A stretch of DNA of 37,408 nucleotides from Burkholderiales bacterium (GTDB taxonomy: Bacteria; Pseudomonadota; Gammaproteobacteria; Burkholderiales; JAEUOS01): the NCBI GenBank assembly GCA_031387185.1, contig JANNCZ010000603.1, positions 1 through 37,408 on the forward strand. Direction: 5' to 3'. Positions 1-10,051 of the stretch are shown here, piece by piece. Position numbers and translations under genes: made by a program. The notes under the pieces were generated by a model that saw only the letters and a program-made list of their open reading frames with translations, had not been told where the DNA came from and made no database searches. Numbering within the stretch: the stretch's first letter is position 1; every line of letters begins with the position of its first letter.

Positions 1-87
1 GAACGTGCGCGCGAACGCCTTGGCCAGCAAGCGGCCAATAGTGGTCTTGCCGGCCCCCATCAGGCCCACCAGAACGAGATTGTTCAT
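1..87 (-). CDS. aroK: shikimate kinase, N-terminal fragment (gene runs off the window start)
   Basis: Minus-strand ATG at 87..85. Translation MNNLVLVGLMGAGKTTIGRLLAKAFARTF carries the GxxGxGKT P-loop typical of shikimate kinase N-termini. It lies directly downstream of pilQ, as in the common pilMNOPQ-aroK arrangement. Confidence 0.8.
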   Translation of the reverse strand, partial: MNNLVLVGLMGAGKTTIGRLLAKAFARTF

Positions 88-145
88 CACGGAATTTTAT
101 CAGTGCGATGCGGGAGCGTTTGCAGGCGCAAGCTTCGGCGAGGCG

Positions 146-174
146 AAAAAAAACCGGGCACGTGGCCCGGTTTT
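146..174 (-). terminator. putative rho-independent terminator or attenuator between pilQ and aroK
   Basis: On the minus strand the sequence reads aaaaCCGGGCcacgtGCCCGGtttttttt. This is a 6-bp GC stem (extendable by A/T pairs), a 5-nt loop and an 8-T run, 16 nt after the pilQ stop. Confidence 0.55.
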
Positions 175-189
175 ATCACGCGTTAGGGA

Positions 190-2313
190 TCAACGGACGC
201 TAAGACGGTCACTCACTACACGAGGGGTGATGAACACCAGGAGTTCGGTCTTATCGTTGGTGCGGGCGCTGTTGCGGAACAGATTACCGAACACTGGCAG
301 ATCACCGAAGAACGGTACTTTGGTTAGGGTATCGCGCTCATTCTGCGTGTAAATACCTCCGATAACCACCGTCCCACCGTTATCGACCAACACTTGGGTT
401 TTCACATTTTTGGTATCGATTGCAAAGCCCGCCGTAGTCACCTGCCCAACTGAGTCCTTGTTGACCTGCACATCCATGATCACGTTACCCTCGGGCGTGA
501 TTTGAGGTTTGACCTTCAGACTCAGATTGGCTTTGCGGAAGGTAACCGACGTAGCACCGCTGCTGGTGGCGGACTGGTATGGCAACTCCGTACCCTGCTC
601 AATTGTGGCTTCAATCTGATCCGCAGTAAGCACCCTCGGGCTCGAAATAATTTTGCCTTTTCCGTCCGCCTCCAGCGCCGTCAGCTCCAAGTTGATAAAC
701 TTTGTAAGGGAGCGGTTCGCTAGCGTGACCGCCACAGTACCCGCGTTGATTCCGTTCAATCCGTTGGCTGCGCCACTGAAACTCAAAGTGTCTGCAATCG
801 TAGGGGTACCCGTCACCTGCGTGCCAGCGCCAACGCTTTGGGTGACGGCGTTCAAGTTGCCGCCAACAAATGCTTGGGTGCCGTTCAAAGAATTGCCGCC
901 CAAGCTCAAGACATCACCGGAGCGCTGGTTGAATCCAAGGCGGGCGCCCAGATTCTTGCTAAACGTATCTGAGGCCTCGACTATGCGCGCCTCAATCAGC
1001 ACTTGCCGCACCGGAATATCCACCTTGGCGATCAGCTTGCGTACTTCTTCAAGACGGGTCGGGGTGTCCTGCACAAACAGTTGATTTGTGCGGGCATCAA
1101 CAGTCGCCGCGCCGCGCTTGGAGAGTACCGACTGCCCCGTAGTGGTCAGAAGCGTCCTGACATCGGTGGCCTTCTGGTAATTCAATTGAAACGCTTCTGT
1201 ACGCGTCGGCTCTAGATCTGTGATCTGTGCGCGTTGTTCGAGATCGAGCTTCTCTTTTGTCGCCAGCTCGTCGCGGGGAGCAATCCATACGACATTTCCA
1301 TTCTTGCGCATATCGAGACCGCGCGTTTGAAGAATGATATCCAAAGCCTGATCCCAGGGAACATCCTTCAGACGAAGAGTCAGATTGCCGCCGACCGTAT
1401 CGCTGGTGATGATGTTGAGATTAGTGAAGTCTGCAATCACCTGGAGCACTGCCCTGACTTCGATATTCTGAAAATTGAGCGATAACTTTTCGCCGCTATA
1501 CCCGCCGCGCGACCCTTGCACAAGGCGGTTTGGGTCTTCCTTGACAGGTTTGACTTCCACCACAAACTGGGTGTCCGTCTGGTAGGCGTTATGCTCCCAT
1601 AGCCCTTTGGGTTCGATCACCAAGCGGACATTTTCACCTTGAACAAAAGTGTTGATTGTCTGAACCGGTGTCGCAAAGTCCGCCACATCCAAGCGCCGGC
1701 GCAGATTTTCGGGAAGGGACGATTTTTGGAAATCCACTACCAGAGTCTGTCCCTGCTGACGAATATCCACTCCTGTATTGCTCTGACCCAATTCGACAAT
1801 GATACGGCCCGAACCATCCGGTGTGCGGCGGAAATCGATGTCACGCAGCGAGGAGCGCGAATCACCAGGGCGGGACTCCGCAAATGAGGTCGCAGCAGAG
1901 GGAGATGCCCCCGTACTGGTTGCGGCCGACAGCGTGACCAACACCGATTTGCCTTCCACTTTCGTCTCAAACGCCCCGGGTGACTTCAGGTTCAGCACCA
2001 TGCGCGAGCGGTCACCTACCTGCACGACATTGATGCTGCGCAAGTCACCTTGTCCCACCTCCTGGCTGTTGCGCCCAAGCGCATTCACCGTGTTGGGAAA
2101 ATCCAAGGCCACTCGCGGTGGGCTGGCGACTGCAAAGCCGGCTGGCGCTGCCGCTGGCGCTTCCTTGAGGTTAATCTTAAGAACGACAGCCCCGCCCTGC
2201 TGGGTCACATTCAGCGATTCGATTGCATTTTGTGCCCATACAGAACTGGCGGCGAACGCCAGCGCTACCGCCATGTAGCGCATCATCATATTGACCACTC
2301 GTCCCTGATTCAT
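190..2313 (-). CDS. pilQ: type IV pilus secretin PilQ
   Basis: The ORF is 722 aa. The C-terminal secretin domain ends ...TELLVFITPRVV and the signal peptide reads MMMRYMAVALAFAASSVWA-QN. It is the last gene of a pilMNOPQ cluster. The preferred start is ATG 2313 (MNQGRVV), which overlaps the pilP stop as ATGA; the ORF-track start at 2358 is probably too far upstream. Confidence 0.93.
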   Translation of the reverse strand: MNQGRVVNMMMRYMAVALAFAASSVWAQNAIESLNVTQQGGAVVLKINLKEAPAAAPAGFAVASPPRVALDFPNTVNALGRNSQEVGQGDLRSINVVQVGDRSRMVLNLKSPGAFETKVEGKSVLVTLSAATSTGASPSAATSFAESRPGDSRSSLRDIDFRRTPDGSGRIIVELGQSNTGVDIRQQGQTLVVDFQKSSLPENLRRRLDVADFATPVQTINTFVQGENVRLVIEPKGLWEHNAYQTDTQFVVEVKPVKEDPNRLVQGSRGGYSGEKLSLNFQNIEVRAVLQVIADFTNLNIITSDTVGGNLTLRLKDVPWDQALDIILQTRGLDMRKNGNVVWIAPRDELATKEKLDLEQRAQITDLEPTRTEAFQLNYQKATDVRTLLTTTGQSVLSKRGAATVDARTNQLFVQDTPTRLEEVRKLIAKVDIPVRQVLIEARIVEASDTFSKNLGARLGFNQRSGDVLSLGGNSLNGTQAFVGGNLNAVTQSVGAGTQVTGTPTIADTLSFSGAANGLNGINAGTVAVTLANRSLTKFINLELTALEADGKGKIISSPRVLTADQIEATIEQGTELPYQSATSSGATSVTFRKANLSLKVKPQITPEGNVIMDVQVNKDSVGQVTTAGFAIDTKNVKTQVLVDNGGTVVIGGIYTQNERDTLTKVPFFGDLPVFGNLFRNSARTNDKTELLVFITPRVVSDRLSVR

Positions 2314-2840
2314 TTTCTTACCTCCTGGAGTTGCAGAGTGCTGACGCGTTCGATCCAATCACCGCCGCCATCCTGCACGAGCTCTTTTAACGTGATTTCA
2401 GTCTCAGTAATGCCGGTGATGATGCCAAAATTCTGCCCCATATAGTTGCCGACCTTCACACGGTGTAAGTTCGTCTCGGCCTTCACAATTCCAAAAAAAG
2501 CCGTCTTTTGCTTCATCATGCCGACCATGGAGATGTTTTCCAGCGGGAACGCTTCCAACACCTCTTTTGGCCTATCGAAGTCAGGCTTCAGACCAGTTCC
2601 AGCAGCCGCCCCCTTTTTGCTCTCTGCAACCAACGCGATTTTCGCGTTGTTGAACGGGTCAATGGCTTTATCCGACTCATACTTGAACGCGGAGAACTTT
2701 TTGGGTTCATCAATCTTGCTGACTTGACCCTTCATGTTCTTGGTTTCGTCATTCATCCATTTCTTGATGTCAGCGTGCTCACTGCCGCCGCATGCTGTGA
2801 GAGCTGCCGCCATCGCCACGATTGCCAGCGGTTTTTTCAT
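2310..2840 (-). CDS. pilP: type IV pilus assembly lipoprotein PilP
   Basis: 176 aa with a lipoprotein signal and lipobox (MKKPLAIVAMAAALTAC-GG). It sits between pilO and pilQ, with ATGA stop/start overlaps at both ends. Confidence 0.85.
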   Translation of the reverse strand: MKKPLAIVAMAAALTACGGSEHADIKKWMNDETKNMKGQVSKIDEPKKFSAFKYESDKAIDPFNNAKIALVAESKKGAAAGTGLKPDFDRPKEVLEAFPLENISMVGMMKQKTAFFGIVKAETNLHRVKVGNYMGQNFGIITGITETEITLKELVQDGGGDWIERVSTLQLQEVRK

Positions 2841-3478
2841 TTTTTCGCCCCCCCCTTGCCGGCCGGGGCTTGCGCTTTGCGCTGAGACGCGACCTCTTCA
2901 CCATCCAGATAGCGAAAAGTCTTCGCTGTCGTATCCATTGCAAGCGGCGCTCCCGCCGCACCTTGGGTAATGGTCATGTCATTGAGTGTCACGATACGCG
3001 ACAGTTGGGCGATATCACTCGCAAACGCTCCCAGATCGTGATAGTTCCCGGTCACACGCACTGCAATGGGAAGTTCTGCGTAGTATTCCTTGACGCTAAC
3101 CCCACCCGGACGGAACAGTTCAAACTGCAAACCACGTCCCAGTCCCGATTGATTGATGTCGGTAAGCAGGGCATCCATTTCGGCTTTGCTCGGAAGCTGT
3201 TTCTCGAGAGATGCCACGTACTGCCCCACTTGCACCAACTGTTTTTTCAATTCAGGCAGATTGACCGCCTGCTTCTTTTTGTCAATAAATTCCTTTTTTA
3301 GCTTGATTTCAGTCGCCTGCGCCTTCACCAGCTCTTCGTTAAGACCGTCCCAGTAAAAATACCAGCCTGCAGCCACCACGGCAATCAGCAACAGCACCAT
3401 CGCCAACATTTTCGGCAACGCCGGCGCGTTGCCGATGTCCTTCCAATTGACGTTCTTGAATTGATCTGCCAAGTTCAT
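2837..3478 (-). CDS. pilO: type IV pilus inner-membrane assembly protein PilO
   Basis: 213 aa with a single N-terminal TM segment (LPKMLAMVLLLIAVVAAGWYFYW) followed by a coiled-coil region. Position in the pilMNOPQ order supports the call. Confidence 0.85.
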   Translation of the reverse strand: MNLADQFKNVNWKDIGNAPALPKMLAMVLLLIAVVAAGWYFYWDGLNEELVKAQATEIKLKKEFIDKKKQAVNLPELKKQLVQVGQYVASLEKQLPSKAEMDALLTDINQSGLGRGLQFELFRPGGVSVKEYYAELPIAVRVTGNYHDLGAFASDIAQLSRIVTLNDMTITQGAAGAPLAMDTTAKTFRYLDGEEVASQRKAQAPAGKGGAKK

Positions 3479-3487
3479 GGAATCACC

Positions 3488-4093
3488 TTAGGCCTTGGGA
3501 ACAGCGGGTTTCGCTGCGGGTACCGGCGTCGCCTCGGCTTCCGGCGCCTTGGGCCGCTTGATCGACACGTTCATGGTAAAGCTGTTGAGACGGCGGTTTG
3601 CAATGGACGCGGCGCGAATTTCCACCAATTCGGGACTACCCAACCAAGCGGAGTTGTTACCCAAATTGCGAACGTAATCGGCCACCTTGGCCTGATTGGC
3701 CGCCACACCAACGAGAGTCACACGCCCGCCGGTCTGCTTGATAGAACTGAGGTAAATACCCTCAGGCGTGTTCTTGACCAGTTCGTCAAGAACATGCACA
3801 GGAAGGTTCCGGTCACCCTGTAGGTCTTCGACAGCCTTTTGGCGCGCCTTCAAACCTTCAATTTCATCGCGCAGTTTGGCAATTTCCTTGATGTCGTTAT
3901 CGAGCTTGTCGTTTTCTTTCTTGATAAAGGCATTCGACTCGTTCTGGCCGGCAATTTGCCCTTGAATCACGCCACCCACTGCAAACACAATGCCGGCTCC
4001 GATAGCGGCCACAATCGCGCACAGAATGCCGAACTGGCGGCGCCGCGCCTGTCTTTTGAGCTCCCGGTGTGGGAGCAGATTGATGCGAATCAT
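3488..4093 (-). CDS. pilN: type IV pilus assembly protein PilN
   Basis: 201 aa with the conserved N-terminus MIRINLLPHRE and one TM segment. Its start overlaps the pilM stop as ATGA. Confidence 0.85.
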   Translation of the reverse strand: MIRINLLPHRELKRQARRRQFGILCAIVAAIGAGIVFAVGGVIQGQIAGQNESNAFIKKENDKLDNDIKEIAKLRDEIEGLKARQKAVEDLQGDRNLPVHVLDELVKNTPEGIYLSSIKQTGGRVTLVGVAANQAKVADYVRNLGNNSAWLGSPELVEIRAASIANRRLNSFTMNVSIKRPKAPEAEATPVPAAKPAVPKA

Positions 4094-5163
4094 GCGTCGA
4101 ACCTCCTCATCGCCAAACCACAGGCCACCAGCATGGCGGGCGCATCGGCAGCCAACTGCTTGGGCTTGACCCGGCTTGACAATTGCATGTTGGCAAACGG
4201 GTTGGCCACGATGGTATTGACTTGGGTACGTGTGGCTACAATCTCATCGAGGCCGGGAATCACCGCGCAGCCGCCAGCCAAGACAATGTGATCTACTTGG
4301 TTATATGACGTCGAGGTGAAGAAAAACTGCATGGCGCGCGTTACTTCCTGCGCGAGATTTTCCATAAAGGGCTGCAGCACGTCGGCATCGTAGTTGTCCG
4401 GCAGGCCACCGCTGCGCTTCGCCGTTTCCGCTTCTTCGGCAGTCATGCCGAAGACCCGCTGAATGTCTTGCGTCAGATTGTTGCCGCCAAACGCCTGCTC
4501 CCGGTTGTACACCGACTGATTGTTGCGCAATACCGTCACATTCATCAGATTGGCACCTACGTCCACCAGTGCGATGGACTGGTCCACGCCATTGCCTGGC
4601 AATTGCTTCTCAATCATTTCGAACGCGATCTGCGTAGCAAATGACTCTATATCCACAACCGTTGCCTTGAGTCCGGCCGCTTCGGCAACCGCTACGCGAT
4701 CCTCCACTTTTTCCTTGCGCGACGCAGCGATCAGCACTTCGACTTCCTCGGAACTGGAAGGAGCGGGCCCCGCCACCTGAAAGTCAAGGTTGACTTCGTC
4801 AAGTGCAAATGGAATGTACTGGTTGGCCTCAGCCTCAACCTGCACTTCAAGTTCTTCGTCACGCAATCCGGCGGGCACGACGATTTTCTTGGTGATCACC
4901 GCAGCAGCCGGAAGTGCAAGCGCGACGTTTTTTGTGCGCGTTGCCAGCTTTTTCCAAGCCCGCTTGACCGACTCGGCAACCGCTTCAAGGTTTGTGATGT
5001 TTCCATCCAGAACCGCATCTTTGGGCAGCGGCTCAATGGCGTACCGCTCCACGCGGTAGACCTTTTTGCCGGCGTCCGCAAGTTCGACCAGCTTCACCGA
5101 AGATGAACTGATATCGAGACCAAGCAGCGGCTGGGCCTTGGGGTTAAATATGTCGAGAGCCAA
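4090..5163 (-). CDS. pilM: type IV pilus assembly ATPase-fold (actin-like) protein PilM
   Basis: 357 aa with the PilM N-terminal motif LLGLDISSSSVKLVEL. The start is TTG, preceded by GGGGG 8 nt upstream. It is the first gene of the pil operon. Confidence 0.9.
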   Translation of the reverse strand: MALDIFNPKAQPLLGLDISSSSVKLVELADAGKKVYRVERYAIEPLPKDAVLDGNITNLEAVAESVKRAWKKLATRTKNVALALPAAAVITKKIVVPAGLRDEELEVQVEAEANQYIPFALDEVNLDFQVAGPAPSSSEEVEVLIAASRKEKVEDRVAVAEAAGLKATVVDIESFATQIAFEMIEKQLPGNGVDQSIALVDVGANLMNVTVLRNNQSVYNREQAFGGNNLTQDIQRVFGMTAEEAETAKRSGGLPDNYDADVLQPFMENLAQEVTRAMQFFFTSTSYNQVDHIVLAGGCAVIPGLDEIVATRTQVNTIVANPFANMQLSSRVKPKQLAADAPAMLVACGLAMRRFDA

Positions 5164-5718
5164 AGTTGTATCCCCCTAAATCAGTCTCTTCACCACGTGC
5201 TGGCACACTGCAAACTGCAGCTGGAACGCTTGATATTGCGTTGATGTCACCAGAACCCACTATATATTGTGCCTTCAACCATTTCACTTCTTGTCACGTA
5301 TTCACAAATTCCTTTTGTGACAAGAGATTAGAGGCAATGTCTACAATTTACATTAAATACTAACGGGCTAATTAGTGCAAGCAAAGATTTTGGAGGTTTG
5401 ACCACCATGTTGCAGGAATGCAACATGATTAAGCGCACTCTGGGCGGCGCGCAAAGCGTGGGTGCCACGGCGGGCGCCCCGCAGATGTACGCAGGCGTAC
5501 GCCTGCGTTACGCCGCTTAGCCAAGCTGGCAATAAGCGGAGTGATTCTGGCGCTGGACAGCCGCGTTTCAGCCCGATTTCTGCCAGAGTCCCCCTATATA
5601 ATGCAGGTATCCCCCTTGTGCGCGGCGGCATTGGCAAGGCTTCGGCTCCTGGTCGCCCAGCATCATCGCCCTCTCTTCAAGGCAGCGGCGGGATCAAAAC
5701 CCTTCGCATTCGCCCATC

Positions 5719-8019
5719 ATGCAGTTCTCTCCCCCGGCTCGTTGGATCACAGCAGGCATCTGCGTCTTGCTGGCACCCATTGCCGTTGGTTTGTTAGTGC
5801 TTGCTTTCGCTGTTGCTTGGGCATATCCGAGCTTGCCATCGATTGAAGCGCTCACCGATTATCAGCCGAAGATCCCTCTGCGCGTCTACAGTGCCGACAA
5901 TTATCTGATCGGCGAGTTTGGCGAAGAGCGGCGCAATCTGGTGACCTTTGCCGAGGTGCCTGCGGTAATGAAGCAAGCGATCCTAGCCGCTGAAGACGAC
6001 CGCTTTTACCAGCACGGTGGGGTAGACACGATTGGCGTACTGCGCGCGGCACTCTCCAACATCACGAGTCCCGGCCGCCAACAGGGGGCGTCCACCATCA
6101 CCATGCAGGTAGCGCGCAACTTCTTCATCTCCAGCGAAAAAACCTACACCCGCAAGTTTTACGAAGCCTTGCTCGCCTTCCGCATTGAAGCGACGCTGAC
6201 CAAAGACAAGATTTTCGAGATCTATATCAACCAGATATTCCTCGGCCAGCGCTCCTATGGCTTTGCCTCGGCAGCCCAAATCTATTTTGGCAAAGAGCTC
6301 AAAGCCATCTCGGCGGCCGAGGCGGCGATGCTGGCGGGTTTGCCCAAAGCGCCTTCGCTGTTCAACCCGGTGGTCAACCCCAAGCGCGCCCGTACGCGCC
6401 AGCACTACATCCTCGACCGCATGCTGTCGCTCGGCTACCTGACAGCCGACCAGCACGCCGCTGCCGTCAAGGAAGTGCTGGTGATCAAGCGCGAGGTAAA
6501 CGATTTCCCGCTTAAAGCCGATTACGTCGCAGAAATGGCGCGTCAATTGGTGTTCGAACGCTTCGCCGAAGAGACCTATACACGCGGCCTGCGCGTTACC
6601 ACAACCATCATGAAAGCGGACCAGGAAGCCGCGCACAGCGCATTGCGCCGCGGTGTGCTCGACTACGAGCGCCGCCACGGTTACCGCGGCCCCGAAGCCT
6701 TCGTCGAACTCAAGACCGGCAACGAGGATGAGCTCGAGGACGCCATCGGCGACTACAACGACAGCGAAGACCTGCACGCTGCCATCGTGCTCGACGCCGC
6801 GCCCAAGCTGGTCAAGGCTTGGCGCCGCACCGGCGAAACGGTGCAAGTGTCGGGCGACGGCCTCAAGTTCGCAGCCAATGCACTATCTGACAAGGCGCAG
6901 CCCAACCGCCGCATCCGCCGCGGTGCAGTGATCCGCGTGCACAAGGATGAAAAAGGGGTATGGGGCATTCTGCAATTGCCGGAGGTCGAGTCAGCGTTCG
7001 TTGCCATCAGCCCGCAAGACGGTGCAGTCAAGGCACTGGTGGGTGGCTTTGATTTCGGCGTCAACAAGTTCAATCACGTGACCCAAGCCTGGCGTCAGCC
7101 CGGCTCCAGTTTCAAGCCCTTCATTTACTCCGGGTCACTCGAAAAGGGACTCACGCCCTCGACGGTGATCAACGATGCGCCGATCTTCATCGACCCCGCC
7201 ACCACCGGCGGCCAATTGTGGGAGCCGAAAAACTTCGACGGCAAATACGATGGTCCGATGCGCATGCGCCAGGCTTTGGCGCGCTCGAAGAATCTGGTCT
7301 CGATCCGCATCCTCCAGCAAATCACGCCGCAATATGCACAGGATTACGTCACGCGTTTCGGTTTTGATGCCGACAAACACCCTGCCTACTTGACGATGGC
7401 GCTGGGTGCCGGGTCGGTGACACCGTGGCAGATGGTCGGTGCCTATTCCGTGTTCGCGAATGGCGGCTACCGCATCAACCCGCACATCGTCACGCGCATT
7501 ACCGACGACGCCGGCAAGGTGCTGGCCGAAGCCAAACCAGTGAAGGCCGGCGACGAAGCCAACCGTGTGATCGATGCGCGCAATGCCTACATCATGAATA
7601 GCATGATGAACGACGTTACCAAATACGGCACTGCGGCACGCGCCAGCGCCTTGCTCAAGCGCGGTGATCTGGCCGGCAAGACCGGCACCACCAATGACCA
7701 CATCGACGCCTGGTTTGCCGGCTATCAAGCGTCGCAGGTTGGCATCGCCTGGATTGGTTTCGATCAACCGAAAAAACTCGGTGGTCAGGAAACCGGCGGT
7801 GTGGCGGCGCTGCCGATCTGGATCAACTACATGCAGCGTGCGCTCAAAGGCGTACCCGAAACCATGCCGCCGCTACCCGAAGGGGTGATAAACGTGGCCG
7901 GTGAGTTTTACTACCGTGAGTACGCGCCCGGCGAAAACAGTGTGAAGTCGCTGGGCTTAGGCGACGGTACGCCTGAAGGTGAGCAAAAAGCCGAGGAAGT
8001 GCGCAACCAGTTGTTCTGA
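5719..8019 (+). CDS. mrcA: bifunctional penicillin-binding protein 1A (glycosyltransferase/transpeptidase)
   Basis: 766 aa with an N-terminal TM anchor. GT51 motifs are present (AILAAEDDRFYQHGG, STITMQVARN), as are the transpeptidase motifs SSFKP and KTGTTND. It is divergent from pilM, as in many proteobacteria. Confidence 0.92.
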   Translation: MQFSPPARWITAGICVLLAPIAVGLLVLAFAVAWAYPSLPSIEALTDYQPKIPLRVYSADNYLIGEFGEERRNLVTFAEVPAVMKQAILAAEDDRFYQHGGVDTIGVLRAALSNITSPGRQQGASTITMQVARNFFISSEKTYTRKFYEALLAFRIEATLTKDKIFEIYINQIFLGQRSYGFASAAQIYFGKELKAISAAEAAMLAGLPKAPSLFNPVVNPKRARTRQHYILDRMLSLGYLTADQHAAAVKEVLVIKREVNDFPLKADYVAEMARQLVFERFAEETYTRGLRVTTTIMKADQEAAHSALRRGVLDYERRHGYRGPEAFVELKTGNEDELEDAIGDYNDSEDLHAAIVLDAAPKLVKAWRRTGETVQVSGDGLKFAANALSDKAQPNRRIRRGAVIRVHKDEKGVWGILQLPEVESAFVAISPQDGAVKALVGGFDFGVNKFNHVTQAWRQPGSSFKPFIYSGSLEKGLTPSTVINDAPIFIDPATTGGQLWEPKNFDGKYDGPMRMRQALARSKNLVSIRILQQITPQYAQDYVTRFGFDADKHPAYLTMALGAGSVTPWQMVGAYSVFANGGYRINPHIVTRITDDAGKVLAEAKPVKAGDEANRVIDARNAYIMNSMMNDVTKYGTAARASALLKRGDLAGKTGTTNDHIDAWFAGYQASQVGIAWIGFDQPKKLGGQETGGVAALPIWINYMQRALKGVPETMPPLPEGVINVAGEFYYREYAPGENSVKSLGLGDGTPEGEQKAEEVRNQLF

Positions 8020-8060
8020 CCTGTGCTGCGCGTAGCAACATGCCCCGCCCGCGACGTGCA

Positions 8061-8381
8061 TCAGGAGTGCAACGACACGCTCTCACCACTTTGCGCCGAT
8101 GCATGCGCGGACAACACCGCATAAAACTCCTCGCCGGAACGGGTGTCGATCCAGCGCCCGTCCTTCTGGGCAAAGTGGAAGCCGCCGGCCTTGGCGGCAA
8201 TCCAGATCTGCTGCATCGGTGCCTGCAGATTGACGATGATATGCGTGCCGTTCTCAAACTCGAGCGCGAGCACGCCTTCCCCTTTGCGTTCGATATCGAT
8301 ATCGCAGCCACTCGCATCAACAGACGCTTCAATCGCATCGAGCACCGCGCTGGCAGTTCGCAGAAACAGGCTTTCATTCAT
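8061..8381 (-). CDS. cyaY: iron-sulfur cluster assembly frataxin homologue CyaY
   Basis: Translation from ATG 8381 (MNESLFLRTASAVLDAIE...LQAPMQQIWIAAKAGGFHF...W) matches the CyaY/frataxin pattern. It is divergent from lptM-lysA. The ORF-track start at 8420 adds an implausible leader. Confidence 0.85.
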   Translation of the reverse strand: MNESLFLRTASAVLDAIEASVDASGCDIDIERKGEGVLALEFENGTHIIVNLQAPMQQIWIAAKAGGFHFAQKDGRWIDTRSGEEFYAVLSAHASAQSGESVSLHS

Positions 8382-8413
8382 AATTCGATTCTTCTTTGTG
8401 CAATGGAGTGGCC

Positions 8414-8659
8414 GTGTCAAATTCGAGGGCAGTGTGTACCGCGCTTGCCGCCGGCTTGGTGGCGATCATGCTGGGTGCCTGCGGCCAGCGTGGCCCGCTG
8501 TACATCCCGGGCAAACCCGGCGATCCGTATTTTGACCGGCAAAATCGCGGTGCAACACCAACACAGGACACTACACGCGATAGTACCAAGCCGGCCAACA
8601 CCAGCGGTCAGCCCGCGCCGCCGGCCCCGCCCAAGCGCGAAGACGACGGCAACAACTGA
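8414..8659 (+). CDS. lptM: small lipoprotein, LptM (YifL)-like
   Basis: Signal plus lipobox followed by the conserved motif (AAGLVAIMLGAC-GQRGPLYIP), then a Pro/Thr-rich tail. It sits between cyaY and lysA as yifL does in other proteobacteria. GTG 8414 is preceded by GGAG 5 nt upstream; start choice is uncertain (ORF track gives 8396). Confidence 0.6.
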   Translation: MSNSRAVCTALAAGLVAIMLGACGQRGPLYIPGKPGDPYFDRQNRGATPTQDTTRDSTKPANTSGQPAPPAPPKREDDGNN

Positions 8660-8739
8660 TCGCAAAAATTGTCTGCCTCCTGCATTTGCTTGTCCCCTCA
8701 AAAAGGGCAAGTTTTGTCACGACACCAATGCCATCCACC

Positions 8740-9990
8740 ATGAGCTTTGATTTTTTCGAGCGCCGCAACGGCACCCTGCATGCCGAGGAGCTGCCACTGG
8801 CGCGCATTGCCGCCGAATTCGGCACGCCTGTCTATGTTTACTCGAAAGCCGCGCTGACCCACGCCTGGAATGAATTCACCGCCGGGCTGGCTGGCCGCGA
8901 TGCACTGGTGTGCTACGCAATGAAGGCGAACTCCAACCTCGCGGTGCTCAACATCTTCGCGCGCCTGGGGGCGGGCTTCGACATCGTCTCCGGCGGTGAG
9001 CTGGCGCGCGTCATCGCCGCAGGTGGCGATCCACGCAAGGTGATTTTCTCCGGCGTCGGCAAGCGCGAAGATGAAATCGCCTTTGCCCTCGAACAAAACA
9101 TTCACTGCTTCAACATTGAGTCGGCCCCCGAGTTGGAGCGCGTCAACGCAGTGGCGCTGCGCTGTGGACGCGTGGCACCGATTTCGTTTCGCGTCAACCC
9201 CGATGTCGATGCCGGCACCCACCCCTACATCTCTACCGGCCTCAAGGAAAACAAGTTCGGCGTCGAGATCGGTGCCGCGCCTGACCTCTACCGGCGCGCC
9301 GCGAGCCTGCCGGGGCTGCGCATCGCCGGCGTCGATTGCCACATCGGCTCGCAGCTTACCGATGTGACTCCGCTGCTCGAAGCCCTCGACAAGATGCTTG
9401 TGCTGATCGATACCCTGGCGCGCGACGGCATCAAGATTCACCATCTCGATCTCGGCGGCGGCCTCGGTATCCGCTATCGCGACGAAACCGCGCCCGACCC
9501 ACGCGCCTACATGCGCGCGATCATCGAGCGCATCGGCACCCGCAAGCTTGGCCTGATGTTCGAACCGGGCCGCAATCTGGTCGGCAACGCGGGCGTGCTG
9601 CTCACGCGCATCGAACACCTCAAGGTGGCACCGGCGAAAAGCTTCGCTGTGATCGACGCTGCGATGAACGACCTATTGCGCCCCGCCCTGTACGGTGTGC
9701 ATCACGAAATCGTGCCGGTACAAACCAGTGATGCGGCCACGCGCCGCTACGATGTGGTAGGCCCGGTGTGCGAAAGCGGTGACTTCCTCGGCAAGGAGCG
9801 CGAGCTGGCCGTGCGCGAGGGCGATCTCATCGCCGTCATGTCAGCCGGTGCCTATGGCATGGTGATGTCATCGAACTACAACACGCGGCCGCGAGCGGCT
9901 GAAGTGATGGTCGATGGCGACAAAGTGCATCTGGTGCGGCGGCGCGAAACCGTGGCCGAGTTGTTCGCGAGCGAAAGCGTGCTGCCCTGA
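8740..9990 (+). CDS. lysA: diaminopimelate decarboxylase
   Basis: PLP-dependent group IV decarboxylase motifs are present: YAMKANSNLAVL (PLP lysine), HIGSQ, GGGLGI, CESGD. The start is taken at MSFDFFERRNGTLHAE (8740); ATG 8728 and ORF-track 8686 are alternatives. Confidence 0.92.
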   Translation: MSFDFFERRNGTLHAEELPLARIAAEFGTPVYVYSKAALTHAWNEFTAGLAGRDALVCYAMKANSNLAVLNIFARLGAGFDIVSGGELARVIAAGGDPRKVIFSGVGKREDEIAFALEQNIHCFNIESAPELERVNAVALRCGRVAPISFRVNPDVDAGTHPYISTGLKENKFGVEIGAAPDLYRRAASLPGLRIAGVDCHIGSQLTDVTPLLEALDKMLVLIDTLARDGIKIHHLDLGGGLGIRYRDETAPDPRAYMRAIIERIGTRKLGLMFEPGRNLVGNAGVLLTRIEHLKVAPAKSFAVIDAAMNDLLRPALYGVHHEIVPVQTSDAATRRYDVVGPVCESGDFLGKERELAVREGDLIAVMSAGAYGMVMSSNYNTRPRAAEVMVDGDKVHLVRRRETVAELFASESVLP

Positions 9991-10051
9991 AAGCGTTGGT
10001 GCAAGCCATCGTCAGGCACGATGCCACCTGAACGCTCTCCCAGAGCCACTC

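Noticed and set aside
5201-5218. TGGCACactgcaaactgc looked like a sigma-54 -24/-12 promoter in the pilM-mrcA spacer.
   Set aside because: The -12 element is missing: AAAC sits where TTGC is required at the correct spacing.
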